Shown in pieces: positions 50,948 through 60,751 of a stretch of 64,000 bases of DNA (positions are counted from its first letter, which is position 1; each line of letters opens with the position of its first letter). The stretch spans positions 512,001 through 576,000 of the forward strand of contig CAXMWX010000005.1 in NCBI GenBank assembly GCA_963422205.2, given 5' to 3'. The notes below the pieces were generated by a model. The model worked only from the letters and a program-made list of their open reading frames with translations. It ran no database searches and was not told where the DNA came from. The position numbers and the translations under genes are program-made. The DNA comes from Gammaproteobacteria bacterium (lineage in GTDB: Bacteria > Pseudomonadota > Gammaproteobacteria > Eutrophobiales > Eutrophobiaceae).

Positions 50948-51964
50948 ATGTTGTTGCACATGCGTGATGATAAGGCACAGCAACGCGCACCGCGAAATCG
51001 TACTATCAGCTTGGGCGAAGCGGAGCAAGCAAATCATACAAAGAAACTCATCAAAATCACCCGGCCGGTTTGTATTGATGAGATACTGAACAAGACCATA
51101 CAGCAGGATGTCTTTGATGTACTGGATCATTTGCCGGACGCATTTATCGATCTCGTGTTCGTTGACCCGCCGTACAATTTCAACAAGACATTCAATCTCA
51201 CAACGTTCCGGGAAATGGATACTGAAAAATACCAGTGCTGGCTGGATTCCTGGATGAGTAAAATGGTGCGCCTGTTAAAGCCAGATGCATCAATCTATAT
51301 TTGCGGCGATTGGAAATCATCGACGGCTGTTTTTAACATCGCCAGGAAGTATTTCAGGATTCAAAACCGCATCACTTTCGAGAGAGAAAAAGGGCGCGGT
51401 GCAAAAACGAATTGGAAAAACAGCGCCGAGGATATTTGGTTTTGCACCATGTCAAAAAATTACTACTTCAACGTTGAAGCGGTGAAAATGAAAAGAAAGG
51501 TGCTGGCGCCGTATCGTGATAACTCCGGCAGGGCGAAAGACTGGAACGAGGAGAGAAACGGCAAATACCGCTTAACGCATCCGTCCAACATCTGGACCGA
51601 CATCACCATTCCGTTTTGGTCCATGCCCGAAAACACCGACCACCCAACGCAAAAACCGGAAAAACTCGTGGCGAAAATCCTGCTTGCAAGTTCCAGGCCC
51701 GGCGCTGTGATCTTTGATCCATTTCTCGGCTCCGGCACCACATCCGTGGTGGCAAAGAAGCTGGGAAGGCAGTATGTAGGAATAGAAATCGATGAATACT
51801 ATGGCTGTCTTGCCGAGAGGCGACTGGAACTGGCAGAGGCAGATAACAGCATTCAGGGGTATTGCGATGGCGTCTTTTGGGAGCGGAATACGCTTAGCGA
51901 ACAGACTAATGAGACGGGTGAAAATCATCAAGCGAGAGAACCGGAAGACATGCTGGCTGGATAA
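50948..51964 (+). CDS. Orphan N4/N6 DNA methyltransferase (beta class)
   Basis: Motif IV DPPY precedes HPTQKP and motif I DPFLGSGTT...GIEID; no adjacent restriction endonuclease. Confidence 0.9.
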   Translation: MLLHMRDDKAQQRAPRNRTISLGEAEQANHTKKLIKITRPVCIDEILNKTIQQDVFDVLDHLPDAFIDLVFVDPPYNFNKTFNLTTFREMDTEKYQCWLDSWMSKMVRLLKPDASIYICGDWKSSTAVFNIARKYFRIQNRITFEREKGRGAKTNWKNSAEDIWFCTMSKNYYFNVEAVKMKRKVLAPYRDNSGRAKDWNEERNGKYRLTHPSNIWTDITIPFWSMPENTDHPTQKPEKLVAKILLASSRPGAVIFDPFLGSGTTSVVAKKLGRQYVGIEIDEYYGCLAERRLELAEADNSIQGYCDGVFWERNTLSEQTNETGENHQAREPEDMLAG

Positions 51965-51968
51965 AGCA

Positions 51969-52853
51969 TTACCCGGCCAGCTTGTCCTGTGTCCTGGTAT
52001 CAAAATCACTGGCCGCATGACGCTCATGCAACTGCTCTTTTGGCTCTCCCCAGGTGCGGTTTACCATGCGCCCTCGCTGCACCGCCGGGCGCTGCAAGAT
52101 GTCTTCCGCCCATCGGCACAGGTGTTGGTATGAGGCGGTCTGCAAAAATTCGGCAGCGTCATAGAGCACATTAAACGTCAGATTGCCATACCAGGGCCAG
52201 ATAGCCATATCCGCAATACTGTACTCATCAGCGCACAGGTAGCGATGCTCGGCCAGGTGCCGGTCAAGCACATCCATCTGCCGTTTCACTTCCATGGTAA
52301 AGCGGTTAATACTGTATTCCATCCTGGTCGGCGCATAACGATAAAAATGCCCAAAGCCGCCGCCAAGATAAGGCGCACTGCCTATCTGCCAGAATAACCA
52401 CGACAGACAGGCCGCACGGGCGGATGGATCAGCAGGGATAAACCGGCCAGACTTCTCCGCCAGGTAGAGCAGGATGGCCCCGGACTCAAACACCTTGACG
52501 GGCGGGGTGGTGCTGCAATCCAGCAGGGCGGGGATCTTCGAATTCGGGTTCAGCTCAACAAAGCCGCTGCCGAACTGCTCACCCTCATCAATCCGAATCA
52601 GGTGTGCATCATATTCTGCTTCGCCAACACCCAGGGCGAGCAGCTCCTCCAGCATGATCGTCACCTTCACACCATTCGGCGTAGCAAGCGAGTACAGTTG
52701 CAACGGATGCTTGCCAATGGGCAACGCGTTATCATGAGTCGCCCCGGCAAACGGCCGGTTAATTTTAGCAAACCTGCCGCCGCTCTGCTCATCCCAAGTC
52801 CAGATGTCAGGCGGGGTATAAGCGGGGGCTTGTTGTTCTGGGTTATGGCTCAT
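51969..52853 (-). CDS. yghU: GSH-dependent disulfide-bond oxidoreductase YghU
   Basis: YTPPDIWTW, INRPFAGATH, LYSLATPNGVKV, NPNSKIPAL, FESGAIL, ERHAASDF. Confidence 0.93.
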   Translation of the reverse strand: MSHNPEQQAPAYTPPDIWTWDEQSGGRFAKINRPFAGATHDNALPIGKHPLQLYSLATPNGVKVTIMLEELLALGVGEAEYDAHLIRIDEGEQFGSGFVELNPNSKIPALLDCSTTPPVKVFESGAILLYLAEKSGRFIPADPSARAACLSWLFWQIGSAPYLGGGFGHFYRYAPTRMEYSINRFTMEVKRQMDVLDRHLAEHRYLCADEYSIADMAIWPWYGNLTFNVLYDAAEFLQTASYQHLCRWAEDILQRPAVQRGRMVNRTWGEPKEQLHERHAASDFDTRTQDKLAG

Positions 52854-52872
52854 GGGTTATGGGTTATGGGTT
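52852..52872. repeat. 7-bp tandem repeat (ATGGGTT)3 immediately upstream of the yghU start
   Basis: catgggttatgggttatgggttatgggg, with a further copy inside the first codons. Confidence 0.8.
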
Positions 52873-52931
52873 ATGGGGCTTGATCTCTCATAAGATGGGG
52901 CATGTTGGCATCCGTTCCGCCCTGTGCGTTT

Positions 52932-53576
52932 TTAGTCTGCTCGTTTCAGGTCGGCCAGTTGCCCCATGCAGACCCGGGCAAGGCGGGTGATGGCCTCCCA
53001 ATCCTCATTCTCCACCAGTGTCGGCGTCACCATCCAGGAGCCGCCAACGCAAAACACGTTTGGCATGGTGATAAAAGTACCCAGATTGTTTGTATTGATG
53101 CCACCGGTGGGGCAGAACCTGACCTTGGGGAAGGCGGCCTGAAAGGCGGGCAACAGCGCCACGGCGTTGAGGGGTATGGCCGGAAACAGCTTCAGATGAT
53201 GCCAGCCATAATCCATACATGACATGATCCCGGAAGCGGAACTGACGCCGGGCAAAAAAGCCGTGTTTTTGGTCGCCGCCATCGCTAACAGCTTATCGGT
53301 GACACCCGGTGAGACGATAAAGTCCACGCCCAGATCAACCACCTCAGCCAGCAGTTCAGGACGGGTCACCGTGCCAGCCCCCACCAGGATATCCAGATCG
53401 GCTTGCTTGACGGCCTTGATGGCATCAAGCGCAGCGGGAGTACGGCAGGTTATCTCGATACAGGAAAGCCCGCTTTGCCGCAGCGCTTCGGCCAGCTTGA
53501 CTGTCGCCGCCACCCGGCTCGCCGTCACCACGGGTAATATGCCAATCTGTTCAAGTTGCTGATATATCTCTGACAT
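52932..53576 (-). CDS. eda: KDPG/KHG aldolase
   Basis: IEITCRT, VGAGTV, FIVSPG, LKLFPA, FCPTGGI, VGGSW. Confidence 0.93.
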   Translation of the reverse strand: MSEIYQQLEQIGILPVVTASRVAATVKLAEALRQSGLSCIEITCRTPAALDAIKAVKQADLDILVGAGTVTRPELLAEVVDLGVDFIVSPGVTDKLLAMAATKNTAFLPGVSSASGIMSCMDYGWHHLKLFPAIPLNAVALLPAFQAAFPKVRFCPTGGINTNNLGTFITMPNVFCVGGSWMVTPTLVENEDWEAITRLARVCMGQLADLKRAD

Positions 53577-53730
53577 GATGTTGCCTGGTCTGTCCCTCTG
53601 GCTTACTTATAAAACCGCTGATGCCTTGTGATCGTCTTGCGCCTGGCTGAAATCATTTCACATTATGCCAGAAAAATCGACCACCACCCATGACAGGAAA
53701 GCAGGACATAACACAAACCGCTCAGGCTGC

Positions 53731-55056
53731 TTATCCATGCACTCGCTCGCCCAGCAGATGGGTTTCCCGGATCACCCGATCATCACCTAACATCATCAGG
53801 ACAAACAATTTCTCTTCCAGATGCTCTGGCAGATGCTCTACCATATTCATGCGCCTCTCCAGCAGGGGCGTGGCGGCAGGCTCGATGATGATAAAATCTG
53901 CCTCTTTGCCGGCGGCAAAATTACCCACATGCTGATCAATATATAAAGCGCGGGCACCGCCCAGGGTGGCCAGATAAAAAGCCCGCAATGATGACAAGGA
54001 CTGGCCGGACATCCGCATGACCTTGTATGCCTCATGCAGGGTCTGCAACATGCCAAAACTGCTGCCGCCACCCACATCAGTCGCCATGCCGACACGCATA
54101 CCGGCATCATCGGCGGCCTGCATATCAAACAAACCACTGCCCAGGAATAAATTCGAGGTCGGACAAAATGCCGCGGCGGCGCCACAGGCGGCCATGCGCC
54201 GTCGGTCGGCGGCATCCAGATAAATACAGTGCGCCAGCACCGAGCGCTCTCGCAACAAGCCGAAGGCATCGTACACATCCAGATAACTTCGGCTGTGCGG
54301 AAACAACGCGGCAACCCACTTGACCTCCTCCCGATTTTCTGCCACGTGGGTGTGCATGAACACATCATCATATTCATCCAGCAAACGGCCGGCCAGCTTT
54401 AGCTGTGCGCTGGTTGAGGTAGGCGCAAAACGCGGAGTGACCGCATATAAAAAACGATCTTTTTTATGCCAGGTCTCGATCAATGCCCTGACATCGGCAT
54501 AACCTGATTGTACGCTATCCTGAAAATCATCCGGGCAGTTCCTGTCCATCATCACCTTGCCGGCGGCAAGGCGCATACGATAACGCCGGGCAGCGGTAAA
54601 AACCGCATCAATGCTTTGCTTGTGTACACTGCCCAGCACCAGCGCCGAGGTGGTGCCATTGCGAAACAACTCCTGTAGAAAAAAGTCCGCCACCTCACAG
54701 GCATAGGCATAATCGGCAAAACGTCTCTCGGCAGGAAAGGTATATCGCTGCAACCAGTCGAGCAATTCCCCGGCGGGCGAGGCAATGATATCCGCTTGCA
54801 CATAATGTATATGGCAGTCGATAAACCCCGGCATGATCAGACAGCCGGAATAATCCTGTACCTTAACCCCCTCAAGGCCAGGCAACAATTCCTGATAAGG
54901 CCCAACGCTGATGACATGACCGGCATCCAGAAGCAACAGCCCATCGGCAAAATATTCATAGGCCAGGTGCGAGTCGGTTGTGGCAGGATCATCGAGGAAG
55001 TGTAGAATGCTGGCACGCAGGGCCTTTGTCTCTGCATTTTTTGCAGCTATGATCAT
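53731..55056 (-). CDS. guaD: Guanine deaminase
   Basis: PGFIDCHIHY.Q, LLDWL..YTFPAE, YAVTPRFAPTS, HTHVAEN, FCPTSNLFLGSG, TDVGGG, LGDDR. Confidence 0.93.
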   Translation of the reverse strand: MIIAAKNAETKALRASILHFLDDPATTDSHLAYEYFADGLLLLDAGHVISVGPYQELLPGLEGVKVQDYSGCLIMPGFIDCHIHYVQADIIASPAGELLDWLQRYTFPAERRFADYAYACEVADFFLQELFRNGTTSALVLGSVHKQSIDAVFTAARRYRMRLAAGKVMMDRNCPDDFQDSVQSGYADVRALIETWHKKDRFLYAVTPRFAPTSTSAQLKLAGRLLDEYDDVFMHTHVAENREEVKWVAALFPHSRSYLDVYDAFGLLRERSVLAHCIYLDAADRRRMAACGAAAAFCPTSNLFLGSGLFDMQAADDAGMRVGMATDVGGGSSFGMLQTLHEAYKVMRMSGQSLSSLRAFYLATLGGARALYIDQHVGNFAAGKEADFIIIEPAATPLLERRMNMVEHLPEHLEEKLFVLMMLGDDRVIRETHLLGERVHG

Positions 55057-55255
55057 GCAGCAGGACTCCTTGACATGGACTAAACGACAGGCTGTTATGC
55101 AAACGCCAGCGGCTGATGCCGCTGCTGGCAAGTGCAAACGCCTAGCGTAAAAGTATGCCTGATTTTCACAGAAAAAACAGGATGACTGGCCACCGGCAAG
55201 ACATTATCATCGGCGCAAAAACGATCTGCACCCAAGACCCCCGGAGTGCATCATC

Positions 55256-55819
55256 ATGGTTGAAAAAGTCTATCTCAGTGCCAATGAATTATTGGCTGAT
55301 TCCTTTACCATGGCCGCAGAGATATATGCCAGCGGCTTCCGCCCGGACTTTATCATCGGCATCTGGCGCGGCGGTACCCCGGTGGGAATCGCCGTCCAGG
55401 AATACCTGCAATACAAAGGCGTAAAAACCGATCACATCGCCATCCGCACCTCCTCGTATACCGGTATCAACCAGCCGTCAAAAACCATCCGTGTACACGG
55501 CCTGCATTACATCATCGAGAACGTCAATGCGGACGACTCACTGCTGATCGTTGACGATGTGTTTGATTCCGGCAGCAGCATCCAGGCGGTGATTGATGAG
55601 TTGTCCCAGAAAACCCGCCGTAATATGCCGGAGGTGCTGAAGATAGCCTGTCCCTGGTATAAGCCTGACAATAACAAAACCGATATCGTGCCGGATTACT
55701 ACCTGCATGAAACCGCGGCCTGGCTGGTGTTTCCACATGAGTTGATCGGCTTGCGTATTGAGGAGATCCGCCAGGGCAAGCCGGAGATGGCGGAGGTGTT
55801 GGCATCCCTTAAAGACTGA
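55256..55819 (+). CDS. Purine (hypoxanthine/xanthine-guanine) phosphoribosyltransferase
   Basis: IGIWRGG, PRPP-binding LLIVDDVFDSGSS, WLVFPHE. Confidence 0.85.
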   Translation: MVEKVYLSANELLADSFTMAAEIYASGFRPDFIIGIWRGGTPVGIAVQEYLQYKGVKTDHIAIRTSSYTGINQPSKTIRVHGLHYIIENVNADDSLLIVDDVFDSGSSIQAVIDELSQKTRRNMPEVLKIACPWYKPDNNKTDIVPDYYLHETAAWLVFPHELIGLRIEEIRQGKPEMAEVLASLKD

Positions 55820-55932
55820 ACACCAGGCGGCCTGATACCAACACGCTGGCTTGCGATCTGATCTGTGCCGAGATCAGGATTGCGACAGCACCCATCACCA
55901 CCGGCGATAAAAGCAGGCCCTTGCCCTAAATC

Positions 55933-56988
55933 TCATGCCGCAAACACGGCCGACAAGTTCTGTGCAAAAGGCGGGGAGATGATGCCTTTCTCCGTGATGA
56001 TGGCGGTAATGTACTTCGCCGGTGTCACGTCAAATGCAGGATTACCTGCCAGCGTTCCTTCCGGGGCAATCTGCTCATTGCCGATGCGGATCACCTCCTC
56101 CGGGTCGCGCTGTTCGATCTCAATCCCGCCTCCGTCCGCGGTCGAGATATCGATCGTGGACGTGGGGGCGGCGATGTAAAACGGCACGGCATGGGCGTAT
56201 GCCACCAGCGCCAGGTTATAAGTGCCGATTTTATTCGCCGTATCGCCATTGGCAGCAATACGATCACAACCCACCACACAAAAATCCACCCCGCCCCGCT
56301 GCATGTAAAAACCCGAAGCCCCATCCACGATCAGCGTGTGCGGAATCCCCAGTTGTGCCAACTCCCAGCAGGTCAGGCGCGCACCTTGCAGGCGCGGGCG
56401 GGTCTCATCCACCAGCACGGCAATATTCCGGCCCTGCTCGTGCGCCGTGCGAATCACGCCCAGTGCCGTACCATACCCCACGGTGGCCAGGCCGCCGGTG
56501 TTGCAATGGTGTATGGCCGTTGCCTGCTGCGGCACCAGCGCCAGCGCCTGTTCGCCGATGCGTTTGTTAATAGCGATATCCTCTCGGGCGATGGTATGGG
56601 CGGCGGTTAATACCTGCTGCCGTAACTCATCGGCACTGTGTACGTTGGCGCTGGCGATGTCTGCCTTAATGCGATCCAGCGCCCAGCACAGGTTCACCGC
56701 CGTCGGCCGGGCGCAGCGCAGCACAGCATCGGCCTTCTGGTAGAGCCGTTGCAGTGCTGCCAGATCATCGCTGCCGTGATGATAAAGCTCCACCGCCAGC
56801 CCATAGGCCGCCGCCGCACCGATGGCCGGTGCGCCCCGAATCACCATGTCCCTGATGGCCGCCGCCACCCCGGCAGCATCGGTATAATCCCAATAGACCT
56901 GCCGGGCCGGGAGCTGCCGTTGATCCAGCAGGCGCACGCTGTTATCGGCCTCACGCCAGGCAATACTGTGATACTCCATCGGCATCAC
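55933..56988 (-). CDS. mtnA: S-methyl-5-thioribose-1-phosphate isomerase
   Basis: LDQRQLP, MVIRGAPAIG, ARPTAVNL, HCNTGGLAT.GYGTALG, ETRPRLQGARLT, ANKIGTY, NPAFDVTP. Confidence 0.95.
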   Translation of the reverse strand: MMPMEYHSIAWREADNSVRLLDQRQLPARQVYWDYTDAAGVAAAIRDMVIRGAPAIGAAAAYGLAVELYHHGSDDLAALQRLYQKADAVLRCARPTAVNLCWALDRIKADIASANVHSADELRQQVLTAAHTIAREDIAINKRIGEQALALVPQQATAIHHCNTGGLATVGYGTALGVIRTAHEQGRNIAVLVDETRPRLQGARLTCWELAQLGIPHTLIVDGASGFYMQRGGVDFCVVGCDRIAANGDTANKIGTYNLALVAYAHAVPFYIAAPTSTIDISTADGGGIEIEQRDPEEVIRIGNEQIAPEGTLAGNPAFDVTPAKYITAIITEKGIISPPFAQNLSAVFAA

Positions 56989-56997
56989 GCCTCGCCT

Positions 56998-57786
56998 TCA
57001 AAAGGCTTTGCTGGACAGCACACCGCCATCCACCCGCAATTCCGCCCCGGTGATCCAGGCCGCGGCGGTAGAGCTTAAAAACAAACAGGCGTTGGCCACA
57101 TCCTCGGCCCGTCCCAGCCGCTCAAGCGGTGCTGACTTTCTCCAGCCCGCCACCCCTTCCGGCCATTCCGCTTCAATGCCTTGACGCCAGATAAGCCCGG
57201 GCAGCACGGCATTACAGCGAATACCATACCGCCCCAACTCACTGGCAGCACTGCGGGTAAACATATTCACGCCGGCTTTTGCCGCCGTGTAATGGCTGTG
57301 CATCGGCATGACATGCTGGGATTCAATCGATGAGATATTGACGATGGATTTGTGCCGGGCCGCCTTCATGTAGGCAATGACAGACTGGGTACATAAAAAC
57401 GTTGAGCGCATATTGGCGCACATCACAGCATCCCATTCGGCTGTCGTCATATCAACAATCGAAGAGAGGGGATAATGACCGGCATTGTTGATCAACACAT
57501 CAACCGGCTGGTCGGTGGCGATGTCGGCGAACATCTGCTGCACCTCCTGTTTCCTGCCAACATCGGCAGAAATCGTCACCGCCTGCCCGCCGTTGTCTTC
57601 GATCTTCCGTTGCAGTGCCTCGGCCCTCGCCCTGCCGGAGCGGTAATGAATAACCACACGCGCACCCGCCTCAGCAAAACGCTCGGCAATGCCCGCCCCC
57701 ACCACACCGCTTGCACCGGTGATGACCACCGTGCAGCCGGTAAAATCAGTAAACTCTGCCAAGCTGGATGAGGGCATCACATTCAT
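56998..57786 (-). CDS. SDR family NAD(P)-dependent oxidoreductase
   Basis: TGASGVVG, NNAG, YTAAK, ITGAELRVDGG; about 10 bp upstream of mtnA. Confidence 0.9.
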   Translation of the reverse strand: MNVMPSSSLAEFTDFTGCTVVITGASGVVGAGIAERFAEAGARVVIHYRSGRARAEALQRKIEDNGGQAVTISADVGRKQEVQQMFADIATDQPVDVLINNAGHYPLSSIVDMTTAEWDAVMCANMRSTFLCTQSVIAYMKAARHKSIVNISSIESQHVMPMHSHYTAAKAGVNMFTRSAASELGRYGIRCNAVLPGLIWRQGIEAEWPEGVAGWRKSAPLERLGRAEDVANACLFLSSTAAAWITGAELRVDGGVLSSKAF

Positions 57787-57933
57787 GCCGATAGCATAGC
57801 GCGCTGGCGCTGGCCTTGCCATGACAGATGGCGCAAAATGCCGACAGGAGTAGTTAAGGTGGGCGTGCCTGGGTTATGATCAGGCGGTGTTTCTTAAAAA
57901 CATACCTTAATAAAACCTACCGGAGATATCCTG

Positions 57934-59280
57934 ATGACCGTGGTTCGCCTCGCATTCAAGCACCCTCATCGTAAGCGGTTTTTGCAGGAGAAAACCATCC
58001 AGCGCCTCGTCCTGGATAAGTATGATTGCATTATCACCGAGGGTGAGCATGCAGATGTGCTGATACACGGCCCCAGGCTTACCCTAAAAGAGGGCGCTTT
58101 CCATACCGTGATAGACGATATCAATCTGCAACACACCCCGGCCAGAACCCTGATCTTCTGTGGCGAGAACATTGAAGCCGTGGATATGTTTCCCATGCCC
58201 ATAACGAAGGTGATACGTTTGCTGACGAGGTTGCTGAACCTGCTGCTACCCCCCCCCCCCCCCCCCCCCCCCCCCGAAAGTCATACAAATCGCACAAGCA
58301 TCATCGGGCAAATACCGAAGAGCACGGAGCCAAAGAGCGCGGGGAATGGAACGAGCCCCATGCTGACCGTTAGAATAGCGCTGGCCAGATCACTCGTGTT
58401 TCTCATTCATGCCATCATCAAGGTCTGGCTTAAAGTAGAAAAATCCAACACCATGCGCCGCTTGATCGACAGGAGAAAACTGTATTATCGCAGGCCGGCC
58501 TTAACCCGCTATATTCAGAACCTGCCTGGTGCCAATAACTATGTGGTGGCTACCAATAAAGTGAACGAGACGGACAACATCCTGACCCTGCCGCTCTTCT
58601 TTCGCCCCTGTAGCGGCGACTGGCAGCGGTTTACTGAACCCAAGCCAGGCTTGGAAGAGAAAACGCGCTTCTGTGCCTTTGCGGTATCTGGCCTCGGAGA
58701 TTGCAGCAGGCTGCACTGCCTGCGAAGCCTGCTGTGCGTTGAGTTATCCAAATACAAACCGGTCGACTGTTACGGGCCCTGGCTCAATAACGCCACCGTG
58801 CCGCAGGCGCTGGTAGAGAAACACAGCGAGGGAAAAACAAAACTGGATCATTTTACCGCAGCGGATATCATGCAGGCATGCAATAAGGCTTACCATCCTG
58901 ATTGTGGCGGGGTGGATCGCGATGCCTTGAATCAGGACGTGTTCAGGGACTACAAATTCGTGATTTGTTTTGAGAACAGCATCGCCGAGGATTACATCAC
59001 CGAGGAACTGCCCAATGTCATGCTGGGCGGCAGCATCGGTATTCATTACGGGGCGCCCAATGTGGGGGAGTATTTCAACCCCAAATCGTTTATCAATTAT
59101 GCGGACTACGATGATTACCAGGCGGTCATTGACAGGATCATCGCCCTGGACAAAGACGATGAGCAATACATGCACATGCTAAGCGAGCCTTATTTCCCGG
59201 ACAATCGGGTGCCGGAGATCATCATCGAAAAAGAAAAGGCGCTGTGCCGGTTTCTGGACAGGATTTTTCTTGGCCGATGA
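57934..59280 (+). CDS. Glycosyltransferase family 10 (alpha-1,3/4-fucosyltransferase-like) with an internal poly-C tract
   Basis: FCAFAVS...R...LSKYKPVDCYG, YKFVICFENS..EDYITE, FNPKSFIN. Confidence 0.8.
   Translation: MTVVRLAFKHPHRKRFLQEKTIQRLVLDKYDCIITEGEHADVLIHGPRLTLKEGAFHTVIDDINLQHTPARTLIFCGENIEAVDMFPMPITKVIRLLTRLLNLLLPPPPPPPPPESHTNRTSIIGQIPKSTEPKSAGNGTSPMLTVRIALARSLVFLIHAIIKVWLKVEKSNTMRRLIDRRKLYYRRPALTRYIQNLPGANNYVVATNKVNETDNILTLPLFFRPCSGDWQRFTEPKPGLEEKTRFCAFAVSGLGDCSRLHCLRSLLCVELSKYKPVDCYGPWLNNATVPQALVEKHSEGKTKLDHFTAADIMQACNKAYHPDCGGVDRDALNQDVFRDYKFVICFENSIAEDYITEELPNVMLGGSIGIHYGAPNVGEYFNPKSFINYADYDDYQAVIDRIIALDKDDEQYMHMLSEPYFPDNRVPEIIIEKEKALCRFLDRIFLGR
58249..58275 (+). repeat. Homopolymer tract C27 encoding Pro9 inside the GT10 gene
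   Basis: 27 consecutive C counted directly. Confidence 0.9.
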
Positions 59281-59311
59281 TAAGGCGGGCGTGAAGGCGA
59301 ACATTAAGATC

Positions 59312-60739
59312 ATGGCCATTATCTCCACAGATCATATCGCAGCTTTTTGGGCGGGATGCCTGGCCGTGCTGATAGCCGGCGGCCTGTGCGCTACGGCGAG
59401 CAATGCAGCAGAGGTTGATCTCATCATCAGTGCAGATCACATCGTCACCATGGATGAGAGAAATACCGTCATCAAAAACGGCGCACTGGCGATCAACGAT
59501 GGCAGCATCATCGCCATCGATCACCGTGACAGAATTCGCCAGCAATATCAGGCACGCCAGACTTTAAGCGGTCATCATCGTCTGCTCATGCCCGGCCTCA
59601 TCAACGGACATACCCATGCCGCCATGACCCTGTTTCGTGGTCTGGCCGATGATCTCGCCCTGATGGACTGGCTCAATAATTACATCTTTCCGGCGGAGAT
59701 CCGCTTTGTCGATGAGACCTTCGTGCGTATCGGCACCCAGTTAGCCTGTCTGGAGATGATCAAAGGCGGGACGACCACCTTCGTGGATATGTACTTCCAC
59801 CCACGGGAGATCGCCCGGGTCGTGGCGGCATGCGGTATGCGGGCGATTATCGGGGCGGCCGTGATTGAACAGCCCAGCGGCTACACCAAAGACTTTGCCG
59901 ATGCCATGCTAAAAGCCGAGCGTTTTATCGCCGAATGGCAAGGGAAAAACAGCCGCATCACACCGGCCTTCGCCGCCCATGCCGCTTATACCATCGGCCC
60001 GGAGAACCTGAAGCTCGTTCGCCAAGCAGCCAATGCCGCCGCCGTGCCGGTGCTCATCCACCTGGCCGAATCCCGAACCGAGCTTGAGATCATCGATCAG
60101 CGCTATAACAACACGCCGGTTAAGCACCTGGCCGCCATGGACTTCTTCAGCGGCCCGACGATAGCAGCGCATGTCGTCTGGCCAACCGATGCAGAACTGC
60201 CCATTCTGGCGCGATACCAGGTGGCGGCAATCCACAACCCCACTTCCAACATGAAAACCGCCTCCGGATTCGCCCCGGTGCCGAAACTGCTTCAGCAGGG
60301 CGTGCCGGTCGGCCTTGGCACCGATGGGGCGGCCTCCAATAATGATCTGGATATGTGGGAGGAGATTCGGCTGGCGGCGCTGCTGCACAAGGGGAAGTTA
60401 CTGAACCCGCAAATCCTGCCGGCCATGACTGTGCTGGAGATGGCCACCCGCCGGGGCGCCGAGGCGGTGGGCCTGGGGGAGATCACCGGCAGCCTGGCCG
60501 TGGGCAGGCGTGCCGATGTGATCCAAATCTCGCTTGAAGCGGCTCACCTGGTGCCGGTGTACGATGTGGTCTCGCATCTTGTCTACGCCGTTGATGCCCA
60601 GGATGTGCAGACCGTCATCATTGATGGCAAGGTGGTGATGCGTGATCGCAAGATCCTCACACTGAACGAAGCGGCTGTGATCGATGCTGCCCGCACCATC
60701 GCAACGCAAATCAACCAGGCCATGCGGGCAACGCCATAA
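59312..60739 (+). CDS. MTA/SAH deaminase-family amidohydrolase with a predicted signal peptide
   Basis: PGLINGHTHAAMTLFRGLADD..LMDWL, HLAES, HNPTSNMK.ASG, GTDGAASNNDLD; hydrophobic N-terminus ending ASNA-AE. Confidence 0.85.
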   Translation: MAIISTDHIAAFWAGCLAVLIAGGLCATASNAAEVDLIISADHIVTMDERNTVIKNGALAINDGSIIAIDHRDRIRQQYQARQTLSGHHRLLMPGLINGHTHAAMTLFRGLADDLALMDWLNNYIFPAEIRFVDETFVRIGTQLACLEMIKGGTTTFVDMYFHPREIARVVAACGMRAIIGAAVIEQPSGYTKDFADAMLKAERFIAEWQGKNSRITPAFAAHAAYTIGPENLKLVRQAANAAAVPVLIHLAESRTELEIIDQRYNNTPVKHLAAMDFFSGPTIAAHVVWPTDAELPILARYQVAAIHNPTSNMKTASGFAPVPKLLQQGVPVGLGTDGAASNNDLDMWEEIRLAALLHKGKLLNPQILPAMTVLEMATRRGAEAVGLGEITGSLAVGRRADVIQISLEAAHLVPVYDVVSHLVYAVDAQDVQTVIIDGKVVMRDRKILTLNEAAVIDAARTIATQINQAMRATP

Positions 60740-60751
60740 TGCCTTATCTCC

